Below, one piece after another: positions 41,331-55,545 of a stretch of 64,000 nucleotides of DNA. The notes beneath the pieces were generated by a model that saw only the letters and a list, made by a program, of their open reading frames with translations, did not search any database and was not told where the DNA came from. The DNA comes from Octopus vulgaris (lineage: Eukaryota), in contig OX597822.1 of NCBI GenBank assembly GCA_951406725.2, positions 65,348,001 to 65,412,000 of the forward strand, read 5' to 3'. A program made the position numbers and the translations under genes. Position 1 is the first letter of the stretch. Each line of letters opens with the position of its first letter.

Positions 41331-41903
41331 CAGAGAGACAGGCAGGCAGATAGATAACTAGATAGATAGTTAGATAGATAGGCAGATAGACATGCAGATA
41401 GACAGATAGATAAAATAGATTGTTAGGTAGATAGAGAGATAGAGAGATAGATAAATAGATAGATAGAGAGATAGAGAGGGGGAAGAGACATACAGATATT
41501 CTGTTCTTTTTGTTGGTTGTTACAGGTGTTTTGCCCCAGATCAACCTTGATCGAACTGACAAATGAGGAAAGGCATTTCACTTGTGAGCATCCTGTCTCT
41601 GTCTCTCTGTCTGTCTCTCTCTCTCGTATAGAAAGAACTGAAGACCTCATTATCCAACCCGAGCTTTTGTCAGACATCAAGATAGGATTTGAGGGCGCAT
41701 TTAGCTTCCCTCAGCATGTGACTCTTCTGTTGCAATTTTAGATGTTCTTGTTCCGGTTATTGATTCCTTTGATGTTTTTAGATCTGTTGTTTAATATTCC
41801 TATTATTTCTCGCTATTATTCACGTTGCCCTGTTATTTTCCACTATTATTATTTTTTTTGTTATTGTTTTCTCTATTATTATTGTTATATTCTTTTATTC
41901 TTT

Positions 41904-42126
41904 CATTCTTTTATTTGTTTCAGTCATATGACTGCAGCCATGCTGGAGCACCGCATTTAGTCGGACAACTCGACCCCAGGACTTATTCCTTTTAAGTTTA
42001 ATACTTATTCTATCGGTCTCTTTGTCGAACCGCTAGTTTACGGGGGACCGCTAAGTTACAAGGACGTAAACACACCAACGTCGGTTGTCAAGCAATGGTG
42101 GGGGAGAGGACTAGCACAGACACACA

Positions 42127-42162
<36 letters not shown>

Positions 42163-42343
42163 TGTATATACGACAGGCTTCTTTCAGTTCCCGTCTACCA
42201 AATCCACTCACAAGGCTTTGGTCGGCCCAAGGCTATAGTAGAAAACACTTGACCAACTTGACCAACATGTCGTATTGTGGGACCGAACCTGGAACCATGT
42301 CGTTGATAAGCAAGCTACTTACTACACATCCACTCATGCGCCT
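41904..42343 (-). mobile_element. SINE family 1
   Basis: Colinear copy with small internal duplications. Confidence 0.8.
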
Positions 42344-42379
42344 ATAATTACTATTATTATTGCAGATATTTTTGTTATT

Positions 42380-42736
42380 TACATTATTTACATTAGTTAC
42401 ATTCGACGGATATTCGTCCTCATCTTGTTTGTTGTTAATACAAAATTTCGGCTGATGTACTCAAATGGCGTAGTGATTACGAGCGCGGGCTACTAACCCC
42501 ATGATTCCGAATTCGATTCCAGGCAGTGACCTGAATAATAATAACAATAATAATAATAATAATAGCATCGAAAAAATACCTTAGGACTGAGAACCCAGGT
42601 TCGAATTTTCTCGAAGGCACCTCATGAAGGCTGGAGGTTATATTAGCCGAAATGTGTTAACAACATACAAGATGAGGACAAATATCCGTCAAATGTAAAT
42701 AATGTACATAATTCCTCATCTCTTAAATATAGAACT
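42380..42736 (+). mobile_element. tRNA-headed, hammerhead-bearing element with inverted 3' arm (copy C)
   Basis: Inverted arm ~42380-42460, tRNA-like head 42466-42520, (AAT)n, degenerate HHR 42616-42658. TSD ATATTTTTGTTATT at 42366-42379 and 42737-42750. Confidence 0.82.
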
Positions 42737-44303
42737 ATATTTTTGTTATTGTTAAATATGCCTTAGTTCTTGATAGAAACAATTTTGCTATAATTGTTAT
42801 TGTGTTTTTATTGTTTTAAGCACTGGTTTTTATCGTTGCCTTTTTCTTTTTGGTGTTGTTTTTGTTGTTTTTGTTACTGTTGTTAACTCTACTTGTTATC
42901 CCGGTTTTTGTTATTGTTGATATACATTTTTTGTTAATGCAATTCGAGAATTCATTTTTAGTATTGCTGTTGTTGTTTGCCATCTGGAATATCGTCAGGT
43001 GCTCGCTGCCCTCAGCCCGTTAGGAACTTACAATCGGAGTAAGTTCTACGGTAGCAATATATATTTTCATGGAAGGACGGTGAGTTGGCAGAATCGTTAG
43101 GATGCCGGGTGAAATTAAGAACCAGTTGCGTACTGGAGTCGACCTAATCGACTGCCCCCTCCCCACAAATTTCAGGCCTTAATATATGTCCGTGGAAGTC
43201 CTTCGGTCGAAATGTAGTACTAGGTAAGTACGTTGACCTTATAAGGAGAAACTCTGGGTTGCCACGAGGATGAACTAGCTGATCTGTCACGGAGGAATTT
43301 CAGGTCCGGTACTACCATGCATAACTTCTAGAAATCTCTGGCTTGACTGTGCTAGCGAGGAGCACTGCCAGGTCGAGATAAGCTTTACTGTCACGGAAGT
43401 AATATCAAGCCGGAGTGTCCGAGAAGTGCGCAGATAGACGAAACAGCTCTTTACACACTTGGGAAATATCCGAGTACTGTTGACTTGTGGTGTTATGTGA
43501 AACAGCTATTATCCCGGGGTCGATTTGCTCGACTAAAAGGCAGTGCTCCAGCGTGGCTGCAGTCAAATGATTGAAACAAGTAAAAGGAAGTAAACAAGAA
43601 CAAGAAGAACAACAACAACAAGGGCAACGGCCACAACAATAACAAAAGCAACATTAATGACACAGATATATTACAGATATCCAGCTGTTTTTTGTGTATA
43701 ATTACTGCAACTGTATGCCTCAGGACATGATTGACCAAACCACTAAGAAGCCTGCAGTATTTGCTTCAGATTGTTACATTTCATGTTCAATATTCAACCA
43801 AGTCCGGCTTCCTATTCTCTCCAGCTGGGATCGAATGAAATAAAGTACTAGGGTCGATAAAATCGAACACACTCGTCCATCTAAATTTCTGGCCTTGCGC
43901 TTTTGTTAGAAAATGTTATTATAAATGAATGTGTCTTTGTTGCTTCTCCGATTGTAGTTAACACAGTTGTACTTGATGTCGTTGCACGTTTTCCTGCTAT
44001 ACTCGTTTTTCGCTATTTCGTTGCTGTTACTTTCTTTTAATATTGTCAACGTCTGTATTGTAGTATGCTGTACATGCAGAAAAAATTAGCTTTCATGCAT
44101 ACGTGTTCGTATATGTGCATGCATGTGTGTGTGAGGGAGAGACGGAGAGAGCGAGAGAGTGAGTGCATGCGATTGTTTTTTAATTCTATACATTGTTGTT
44201 GAAGTAAATTACACTTTTTATTGTTGCTGCTGAGAATGCAATTGTTTTGGAGGTTTATATTGCTGTAGTACATGTATATAAATAACGCTGTTGGTATTGT
44301 TGT

Positions 44304-44623
44304 CAGTGGTTAGAGCGCCGAGCTTACGATCGTAAGGTTGTGAGTTCGAATCTCGAAACGGGGTGCGTGTTGTATTCTTGAACAAGACACTTTATTTCAC
44401 GTTGTTCCAGTTCACTCAGCTGTAGAAATGAGTTGCGAAGTCACAGGTGCCAAGCTGTATCTGCTGTTGCCCTTCCCTTGGATAACATTGGTGGCGTCGA
44501 GAGAGGAGGCCGGTATGCATTGGCGATTGCTGGTCTTCCATAAACAACCTTGTCCGAACTTGTGCCTGGGAGGGTAACTTTCTAGGTGCAATCCCACGGT
44601 CAGTCATGACAGAAGGGGGTCTC
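44304..44623 (+). mobile_element. tRNA-derived SINE family 4
   Basis: gtggttagagcg...gagttcgaatctc head. Related minus-strand pieces at ~16.4-16.5, 21.1-21.2 and 21.5/21.95-22.04 kb. Confidence 0.7.
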
Positions 44624-44898
44624 AAAATTGTTGTTGTTATAAATCACGGTAATACTAATGTTGCGAAAAGTAATCCTCAAATAGGAAAACTAAACGCGAA
44701 TACTTACAAAAGAGTGCGTTACTCCGCTACATGGACCACAAGTGCTAGGTGGTGGTGATGTTAAATCGGAGGCGGAATAAATCCAATATACATATATAAG
44801 CCTTGAAACCAAAACGCAAGGAGCTGGGACTTATATCAAATGGCATGCGGATCGATATTTGTATAGATCCACCTATCCGCCTTTAGGATTATTTTGTC

Positions 44899-45666
44899 AA
44901 GGCGGTGAGCTGGCAGAAACGTTAGCACGCCGGGCGAGATGCTTAGCGGTATTTCGTCTGCCACTACGTTCTGAGTTCAAATTCCGCCGAGGTTGTCTTT
45001 GCCTTTCATCATTTCGCGGTCGATTAAATAAGTACCAGTTACGCACTGGGGTCGATATAATCGACTTAATCCGTTTGTTTGTCCTTGTTTGTCCCCTCTG
45101 TGCTTAGCCCCTTGTGGGTAGTAAAGAAATAGATATTTCGTCTGCTGTTACGTTCTGAGTTCAAATGCCGCCGAGGTCGACTTTGCCTTTCATCCTTTCG
45201 GGGTCGATAAATCAAGTACTACTTATGCACTGGGGTCGATGTTTGTCCCCTCTATGTTTAGCCACTTGTGGGCAATAAAGAAATAAGAAACGTTAGCACA
45301 CCGGGCGAAATGCTTAGCGGTATTTCGTCTGCCGCTACGTTCTGAGTTCAAATTCCGCCGAAGTCGACTTGGCCTTTCATCCTTTCGGGGTCGATTAAAT
45401 AAGTACCAGTTATGCACTGGGGTCGATATAATCGACTTAATCCGTTTGTCTGTCCTTGTTCGTCACCTCTGTGTTTAGTTCCTTGTGGGTAGTAAAGAAA
45501 TAGGTATTTCGTCTGTCTTTGTGTCCTGAGTTCAAATTTCGTCGCGGTCGACTTTGCCTTTCATCCTTTCAGCGTCTATGAATCAAGTACCGGTTGGTTA
45601 CTGGGGTCGATCTAATCGACTGGGTCCCTCCCACCAAAATTTCGGGCTATGTGCCGAGAGTAGAAA
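44899..45666 (+). mobile_element. SINE family 2, ~4-unit tandem
   Basis: Four head-to-tail units. Further diverged single copies near 9.4, 14.3, 18.3, 20.9, 22.1, 24.5, 30.5, 43.1 and 49.0 kb. Confidence 0.85.
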
Positions 45667-46320
45667 AGAAGCAAAAAAAAAAAAAGAAAAAAAGGATTAA
45701 TATTTTGTTAACGACCCTGGAAGGTTAAAAAGCATAGTTCAACCCGGTAAGAGTTGAACTCAGAACGCATATGTTGTTGCATATGTAGCTGATACATTTG
45801 TTGATTTTGCGGTTGTTAGTGCTATTTCTGTTCTTGTAGCCTTACTAATTTGTTTTCGATTGGAATATTGTTGCCGTTATTGTTGCCGTTGAGCTTTGTT
45901 TTCGGTTTAGTTGCTACTATTTCTTGTTTTATTGTTGAGCTATACATAGATAACACTATTGCTACTGTTGTTGTTAATGTTTTATTAAAAACCTGTTGTA
46001 GTTGTTTGTTCTTGGTGTTAAGAATGCAATCGCTGTTGTTGCTTTTTACGATTGTTCATTTTGTTTTTGCATTTGTAACTGCAGTTAATGTTGTTGTTTT
46101 TGTTGTTATTATTTTTTATTGATGCTGGTGATAATGATGATGACCATGATGAGGACTATGATGACGATGATGGGAATGATGTTGATCATCATCCTCATCC
46201 TCATCATCATAATGAAGGCAGTGAGGGTAATGATGGCAATGACGACGGCTACGATAAAAGCAACGATGTTGATGAAATAATGGCGACGACGTCGATGATG
46301 AAGACGATGATGATGCTAAC

Positions 46321-46375
<55 letters not shown>

Positions 46376-46381
46376 TTGATG

Positions 46382-46423
<42 letters not shown>

Positions 46424-48249
46424 TTGATGATGATGATGATGACGAGGATGATTATATTTCACTCATTGTTGTTGCTGTTGTTGGTATTGTTATATATTTT
46501 ATCGTTGCTGCCGTGTTTTTTTTATTTTTATATCAACGTTATTGATAATTATATTGTTGCGTTTCTGTTTGCTGTTGTTGTCTGTTTTTCTTTTTTACAA
46601 TTGTGTTCGATCGACATTCAAGCATGATCAATGCCCTCCTCATCTTCCTCCCCCACCTCGGTACCTCCGTAATTGAAATGAAAATAATAGAATTGGAGTT
46701 AAGGGCAGGGGAAACGTCAAACAAATCAAAGCATTCAACTGTGTGTTTGTGTGTTTGTATTTGCGTGCAAGTGTATGTGCGTAAGTATGTGTGTAAGTTG
46801 CGTTTGTTTGAGTGTGTTGTGTGTATATGATTGTATGTGGTGTGTGAAAAGGTGAGTGTATGAGTGTGCGTGCGATGTGTTTGTCTGCATGTACATGTGG
46901 TGATTCTTTACATGTCTACATGTCGGCGTGCTATAGTGTGTTTTTATATTCGTGTTTGAGTATGGATATGTAACTATTTGTGAACATGTGTATATGAACG
47001 TATACATGTGTATGTGTGACTGTTTCTTTTTATTTGTTCCTGTATAGGAATGTGGATGTGCATATGTGTATATCTATATGTGTGAATGTGTGTATCTATA
47101 TACGTATGTGCATATACATATGTGTATGTATGTATATATGTATGTATGTATGTGTGTACGTACGTATGTATGCTTGTATGTTTGTACGTACGTATTTGTA
47201 TGGATTTGAGCATATATGTATGGATACGCACACTTACAAACACGCACGCACATATATAATGTGTATGTATAGTGTGTATAATGTCTACAAAAGTGCTCGA
47301 CGTCTAAACATTGATTTTCAAATTCTACATACTCCGTTATTCCCCAAAACAGATACTCACGAAGAAAATTCGTGTTATTATACTTATAATTCCACTTTAC
47401 ATTTTGATATATTGGCCAAACAATACGGATAGCCAGTAAAATACAAATGAAATCACTTGATTATAACACACTTACACGTGTTTCTTTTCGAGCTGCACAA
47501 TGATTATGTAACATTTAACTCCTCTTCCATTTCTTTCTCATTGCAGGCGCATAAGGCGATCGAAATAGAAGCAAGATGCCGTCATTGCACTCTTAACTGA
47601 GGTGGGGCTACAGCCGGTTCTATATCCATTGATGTTTAAAATTTGTTTACAAAGATGACGCCAGTGGTGACTAGAACAATGAGCAGATATTGTTGAAGTT
47701 TAAAGAAGAGGAAAACAGCATTGAAACAAGACATGTAGTGCAAGATAATCATCTTCGACAATTGAACGAATCACTCACGATCGGAGGAAATGGTTCGCGC
47801 AGAGTGACGACTGAAAATCCGCAGGCTTGCTGCATAACGGGATTGTGGTCAAAGTGCATTATAAAAGACGGTAGGGGGCGACATTGGACATTCCTCGAAA
47901 ATGCGTGCAATATGGATGTATCAGCCATTGACACTCTGACTTGAAAGAGAAAAAAGTGAAAGTCTGTTTTCACATAGCTGAAACGTTTGAAGACAACGAA
48001 GAGACACTTGTTTCCGATCCGGTGACAAGGGGTTAAACTAGGGCGCAACTTTATTATTTACAATATAAGGCGCTCTCCACGGAATGACGTCATATTGCTT
48101 CTTCAAAACTTCATAATTTTAAGAGAAAGCGATCAGCATAAAAAGTCATAATAGCAGTTTTTACTGATGCATCAAAAAGGGGTAGCTTGAGGTGCTCAAA
48201 CACTTTAGAAAAAATATTAGAAGGATGTGACAGAAATATTTATTCAGGC

Positions 48250-48880
48250 TACATGACCCCAAGAGAAGTAATCCCTGTTTACTGTGCAACAATACGAGTT
48301 AAAGGAACTCCACTACAGCTTGTAACAGCAACGTTATGATTTATACAGAATGTGTGACCTGTAAGGATTCCCAGTTGGTGTACGCAGCGGAATGCACCAA
48401 ACACAACTTGATTTATGTTCGTTGCACAAAAGAAACATTAACTGAAAGATTTAATGTTCGTAGGTATGACGTCAGACAAAATAACAGTAGTACGACGGAA
48501 TTTGGCAAAACTTTTACATCAAACGTCTTCAAATTTCGGGAACCCGTAAAAGTACACATTTTCAGAAAATATTGTGACTCCTCTGCACTTTCAGTCTTTC
48601 AAAACACACGGGGATAAATATGTTAACAAATTACTAACATCGCGCCCTGGAGGAATGAACAAAATGACAGGAGAGTTCCATTACATTTACGCAAAAATGT
48701 TGACTGCTTTCTTTGATGCTTTCTTTTTTTCTTTCTTATTTTCTCTTCATACTTTCAGTTTATGTATTTCTGAGTACTTTTCATTTTTCATTTTGAGCCC
48801 GCAGAAGACAGACATACCGTCGAAATATTGTTCAGTTGAATAAACAAATTCACTCTCTATTTATGACAAATATCGCGCTG
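48250..48880 (+). mobile_element. Decayed PLE 3' fragment (GIY-YIG remnant)
   Basis: VTCKDSQLVYAAECTKHNLIYVRCTKETLTERFN resembles the GIY-YIG of the intact element. A degenerate ...GAAGAc..gtcGAAA.. motif is near 48795-48835. Confidence 0.6.
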
Positions 48881-49783
48881 TTTTTATTTTGTATCATCAT
48901 CATCATCATCAGCAGCAGCATCATCATCATCATCATCACCACCATCATCGTTATTATTATTATTATTATTATTATTAAGGCAGCGAGCTGGTAAAATGCT
49001 TAGCGGCATTTCGTCCATCTTTACGTTCTGAGTTCAAATTACGCCGAGGTCGACTTTGCCATTCATCCTTTCGGAGCCGATAAATTAAGTACTAGTGAAA
49101 CATTTTCAGGCCTTGTGCCTTCATTAGTAAGAATTATCATTATTATTATTATAATTGACTCCCATATGAAGACATTTTTTTCATTCTCGTTTTGAAATAT
49201 GAACTATTTAAATATTACCAAATGAAGTTTTCATTGGATTACTTGCAAAATGAAATAGAAATGTCTAAAGAAGCGCTGCTTTCGATATCCGGGAGTATAC
49301 AACAAGAAAAAGGAGGTTTGTTTCACAAACTTCTAGAATTTTATTTACGGACGTTATATGTTCGTATAATAGCTATCACACATAATTTATGCCACACGAC
49401 AAGCGCTACAACAGTCAAAGGAACAACACAAATTCATGAGGCAAAATTGAATGCATGAAAGGGAAAAGAAAATGAAGAGCTTTGTGAACAATTACGGAAG
49501 AAAACGTCACAAGTATTCATATAAATAATACTGAAGACAGCAACCGCAATAACAACAAGAAAAACAGAAGCTACTTTTACATAAAACCAAACTCTGCGAT
49601 CGGGTCATGCGTGTCAAAGCAAACATTCTTTCAATGTAAAATGAACATATGGAATTTTTAGATATATCAAATGGTAGAAATAAATAAATGTAGTTGGGAG
49701 ATTTTCTTTTTGTAAAACTGAACAACATTTCTTTGCGCAGGTGCTAATCCAAGAAAAAGCAAAGAGAAACATTATATATACAC

Positions 49784-50190
49784 TTTTACTCTTTTCTTTG
49801 TTTCAGTCATTTGATTGTGGCCATGCTGGAGCACCACCTTTAGTCGAGGAAATCGACCTCAGGACTTATTGTTTGTAAGCCCAGTACTTATTCTATCGGT
49901 ATCTTTAGCCGAACCGCTAAGTTACGGGGACGTAAACACACCAGCATCGGTTGGGGGGACAAACACAAACACACTAATATATGCACACACACACACACAC
50001 ACACACTCAATATATATATATATATATACGATGGGCTTCTTTCAGTTTCCATCTACCAAATCCACTCACAAGGCGTTGGTCGGCCTGAGGCTATAGTAGA
50101 AGACACTTGCCCAAGGTGCCACGCAGTTGGACTGAACCCAGAATCATGTGGGTGGTAAGCAAGCTACTTACTACACAGCCACCCCCATGC
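49784..50190 (-). mobile_element. SINE family 1
   Basis: Colinear copy. Confidence 0.85.
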
Positions 50191-51171
50191 TCTCTGCTAA
50201 AAATAAAAAGATAGTAGCTGACTAAATCTTCACTCATTTAAAATTGTACAATATTCTCTCCATGTTATATTGAGGGAAGTGGTTTTAACTTGAAACGGCA
50301 AAGCTTATGACACACTCTTTTGTGCTGCAGTATGCGAGAGTTGTCAAAGCTGGTTTAACGAAAGTTCACATGTCATAAGAATGCGCAAAAATAGATTTGC
50401 AAATCCTAATGTTACCTGAAGGTTAGAGCGCCACACCGATACATTGTATAGTATATGGCAGCGAGAGAGAGGGCACAAGATTAATGATACAGAGCATGAA
50501 TCCTAGTGCTTGAACTTGTCAGAGTAAAACTCTCCTAAAGGCTGAATTCCTGGAAGAAATGGAAAAAAAGTGAACCAAACTAAAAAATAAAAAACACAAA
50601 AACCAAACAAAAAAAACAAGACAAAACCAAAGTAGGGATCGGAGGAAAAAATGAAGAACAACAACAACAGCAAAAAGAAAATCAAATTCCTGGTTCCAGA
50701 GCACCTCAAACCAAATCTCCGTCAATCGCAAGTAAAATATCTTTATGCAAAGTATTTAAAAATGCTGAGCAAACACCATGTCCCTTAGGAATGCCAAATG
50801 GTAGCACCACGCCTTCGCCGGGTGATGAAGAAAAAATAATAATTACACACCAAAATTCACGACCGGGGAAGATAAAAATAAAAGTAAAAAGGGAAAACAA
50901 CAGAAGAATTACAAAACAGCATAAAACAACTTAAGTGAGGAGTTATAATTCCTTCCAAAAGACAACGGTATCTCTCCTCCGAATTCATTGAAACGTTAAT
51001 AGACAGAACTACGAATTATTGGTGCCAGGGACTTAATAAAGAAGTGAGTATTACACAACACGTATAGCTAGGTTCAGAATATAAACAACATTCAAATGAT
51101 AGATTACATGTAAAAGTAAAAGTAAAAGATGATGAGAGTAGTGGTGGTGGAAATGACTACATCAATGGCCA

Positions 51172-51246
<75 letters not shown>

Positions 51247-51728
51247 TGCCCAGATGCAGTACCAGGCAGTGGCTCTCGTGGCTTCTGATCTCAACTGATT
51301 GGAAGTGTTATCATGTATATTTGACCTCAACCAGTTGAGCATGTCCCTTAGTGGCTGACGATATGTGCATCTCTGAACACGAGCAGAAGTAGTGGGGGAG
51401 CATCATAGCTCTATGTTGAAAGGAAATCTTTGAGGTTTGGATAATTCACCATTGGAAACATGGGTGGTTTGTTCAACATCCTTAAACAATCTTTATTCAG
51501 CGACCTTTTGACAGGGATGGGCTACTCGACCAGAGGAAAATTCTAACTGGGCCCCGCCTGTAAGGTCACGCGCTGTTTATCTTTATATGAGATCACCATG
51601 TCGCGCACATATGGTTGTGATGCATGTGCCTGGTGTACCCTTATCAGAGAAGTAGTCATGATGGATATACTGGGCTTCGTATATTTTACCCCAGTGTCAC
51701 TTTGATGGCATGCACTGCTCTCTCACTC

Positions 51729-51730
<2 letters not shown>
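51247..51730 (+). repeat. Unclassified ~480-bp insert within (AAT)n, possibly a LINE 3' UTR
   Basis: Higher-GC block sharply bounded by (AAT)n on both sides. No protein motif recognised. Confidence 0.4.
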
Positions 51731-51799
<69 letters not shown>

Positions 51800-51809
51800 C
51801 AACAACAAC

Positions 51810-51850
<41 letters not shown>

Positions 51851-51888
51851 CAATAATAAAAATAATAATAATGATAAGGATAATAATA

Positions 51889-52250
51889 GACTGGGCATAA
51901 CCATTAGAAATAAAGGAAAGGCCAGTTGCTTTCTAATCGACCCATCCTTCCCCTTTCATTCCAGGTTCGTAAACAAAGAGGCCGAAAAAGAAATGCAATC
52001 CCTTAAAATTTGCAAGGGAAGAATTTGGAGTATGGAAACTGTAAGGGCCGCCCCTATCATAATCGGTACGTAAGCACAGATATAGACAAACGACTAAAGG
52101 CGACTGGAATAGGATACTCTGTAGAACTCCTACCGGAAGGTTGTTTGTTGGGGACAGCAAGGATTATCAGGAGGTCTCTAAGCACTTAAAAGACTACTGA
52201 AAACTTGTGGATACCTAATGTTACAGGTAGTAAATTGCTACTCAGATAAA
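51889..52250 (+). mobile_element. R4/Dong-like LINE endonuclease remnant next to (AAT)n
   Basis: CFLIDPSFP...KEAEK...RIWSM...PIIIG...LLG-TARIIRRSL, decayed. Confidence 0.65.
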
Positions 52251-52826
52251 TCCTACTGGGAATAAGATCGAACCTGAGTCAAACCAAATAATAAGAATTC
52301 ACTAAAGCATAAATAAAGCATTACGGTGAACTTATAAGATATCAGCCTGAGCACCAAGATGTTGTCAACATAAATGCAAATACTGATAGTAGCAAATGTC
52401 GTATTGATATCAGTATTCTCGAATATACTGCTGATGGAATAGAATATATGTATGGAACTCTGATGGTAAATAATATCAACACGTTTCCAAAGATTTTTCA
52501 GGATATTGATATGCGGGGGTAAACTGCAAAAGAGAACAATACAATAGATTGTAGTAGCAGTAAAAAGAAAGAAACCAAAAAAAAAACAACCCAAAATAAC
52601 CATCAACAATACTGACAGTATCTACATCAACAGCAAGTGGAACAATAAGATTAATGATAACAACAACAACAACACCATAAACAAACGGAAACAGCAAACA
52701 ATAATAACAAGAATAATTGTCATAATAAAAGGAATAACTTCAGAAACGTTAGCACAATATTGTGTTAACAATAACATGAACTATACCAAAAACAGCTGCA
52801 TCTGCAAACACACACATGCGCATGCA

Positions 52827-52861
<35 letters not shown>

Positions 52862-53257
52862 GCGTGTACACACATACATACACACACACGCACGCATGTA
52901 AGCACACACACACATGCATACACACACACACACACACACACAACCACTTGCAAAACGTAAAACAAATGAGAGAAGCTAATGCTGCAACTACCGCTGCTGC
53001 CGCCGCCGCTGCTGCTGCTGCCGGTGTTGCTGCTGCTGCTACTACTGCTGCTGCTGCTGTTACTACTGATGATGACGATGATGATGACATCGACGATGAA
53101 GATGGCAATGATGATGATGGTGGGAATAATGATGATGACAATGATCATGATGGTGGTGGTGCTGTATAGGTGGTGCTGATGACATCGACAACATCAGCAG
53201 CAACATGACGACAACATCGACAACATCAGCAGCAACAACAACGACGACGACGACGAC

Positions 53258-53362
<105 letters not shown>

Positions 53363-54706
53363 AATGATGATGATGGTAAAATATAATTTCTTTTAATAAC
53401 AACAACAACAACAATAAAAGCGGGAACAATAAGAACATAAACAATACCAAGATCTTAACTAAAGACTACAAGATTAGGGGAAAAGAAATAAGGAGATATT
53501 TAACCACAAAACAATACCGAGTGGAATAAGAACAAAAAGCCAAAATGGTAATAGAATCTTACACAAACAAACAAACAAGAACGGCAAATGAAAAACAAGA
53601 AGAACAACTAGAATAAATAACATGAAAAACATGGCGGCAATTCAATTCGTTGTTCTCAGCTAAAAGACCGAGAGAATTACAATTAGCCCAAAAAATTTTA
53701 TACAACTCCGCTACAATATTTGTATGTCTCATTATCTAAGTTTCATTTAACTAACACAATCATTAAACAATCATTTCCAATGACAATTGTGGCTATGGGC
53801 TTGCAGCAGAATTGTAATTACCAAATAACAATTAATTTCATGGTTGCATGTTCTCTTTTGACATTTTACTTTGCTAAAATAATCGTTCATTGTTTGTTGC
53901 TGTTGTTGTTCTTGTTGGTGCTGGATGTTTTTTTTTTGTATTATTTTATATTTGTTTGTAATTTAGTTGTTGATTGATCTGAGTTGTTTATTTATTTTTA
54001 TTTTTCATTATTTGTTGTGAATTTGTTCTTTTGGTTGTTTATGATGTTGAATTTGCTGATGGTGATGTTAGTATATAATCGTAGATATGCACATTAAATG
54101 TAGATTTGAAGTTACAAAACTGTATGCCGAGCGTAATCAAAATTTGAAATGTAATAACATGTTTCCGTGTTGTATTTCATTGTACAGTGCATGGACAAAT
54201 TGATGTATACCTTTTTCTGTGTCTAAACATACTGGCACAATAGAAACGATCCGTGGCATTGTATGGTGAGATCATGAAATAGAAATGCGATTTTCTCTAC
54301 TCTTGGTGTTGTCTTATACTCAGAATTTCTTGAAATTTTAAGCAATATTTGTATTTACTTGTTCAGCATTAAGAATAACCTTGGATGTTAATTCTACATA
54401 AATGGATTACTATCTGATTAGTTGATATAATTAAACAAATAATTCACCAAATAATAATTAACTGAGTGCATTATAGATATCTTCCTGGATTTATTAATCC
54501 CCTTTACCTCGCTGGATTAAATGTTCGTTTCTCTTTTTGCCTTCTGCAATTTTATTTTTGGATGTGTCGAAACAATTGTTGTGATTAATAATATATTCTC
54601 GTATATTCCATCTTCTGTCTTTCATTTGTTATTTACCTAACGATCACTCTGAAAGTGACCGTGCTTTACTAGTAAGCTACCAGGTGTAAATCATTCCTTT
54701 TATTAT

Positions 54707-54827
<121 letters not shown>

Positions 54828-55006
54828 GATATATATATATATGGGTGTGTGTGATTGTGTATAGAAGAATATATTAATAAAAAGAATTCCAACCTTGTCT
54901 GATTTTCACGTTTTATTTACAATCTTATAATGATATATTATAAGATAATATATTATAATTGAATAAAATAAAATGAAATAGTAGAATGTTAAATATTCAT
55001 TCTGAT

Positions 55007-55051
55007 TGAACTAGTACTTTCATGCATTGAATTCTGCAATCTTCGGGTTCA
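55007..55051 (-). ncRNA. Minimal type I hammerhead ribozyme in the downstream pLTR
   Basis: Reverse complement of 63093-63137. Confidence 0.75.
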
Positions 55052-55545
55052 TGTAGTAGTGTTGACAGTCATGCTTCACAATTTTTGACTGTAGCAAGAT
55101 GAGTGATTCTGTGCTATAAATACAGCTGGGTAGGCTCCAGAGTGCTAGGTTTTGCAAACTGTATTCTGACCAATCAGTGTGTAGTATCACTCAATTACTT
55201 AAGCTGATTGGTTGGTTGAGCTGATTGGTTTAGGCATCACGCTTTGTTGGACAGGTCAAGAGTCCTGTATCTTGACCCTGGCCGAAGCAGCAATTGTTGG
55301 GTTATTTTTAGAAATGTTGTAAATATCCTTTGTCAGAGATTTTTATATTTTTATATTTCAATTGTCATCATCATCATTGTCAGCACCTTAATTATTGTTG
55401 CTAGTGGTGATGGTGGTGGCAATAGAACTTTTAACCCTAAATAAGATAATTTTCCTGCTATCTTCGTCTTGATCACCTTTAGTATTGTTGTTGTTGTTAG
55501 TGGTCATGGTCGTAGCAGTGGAAGTAATACCTCTAAGTATTATTA

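Larger units (their letters stand above)
40140..41480. repeat. Compound (GATA)n region with a partial tandem duplication
   Basis: Shared variants such as gacatcgatagattgacaggtagatagg at ~40315 and ~40925. Confidence 0.85.
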
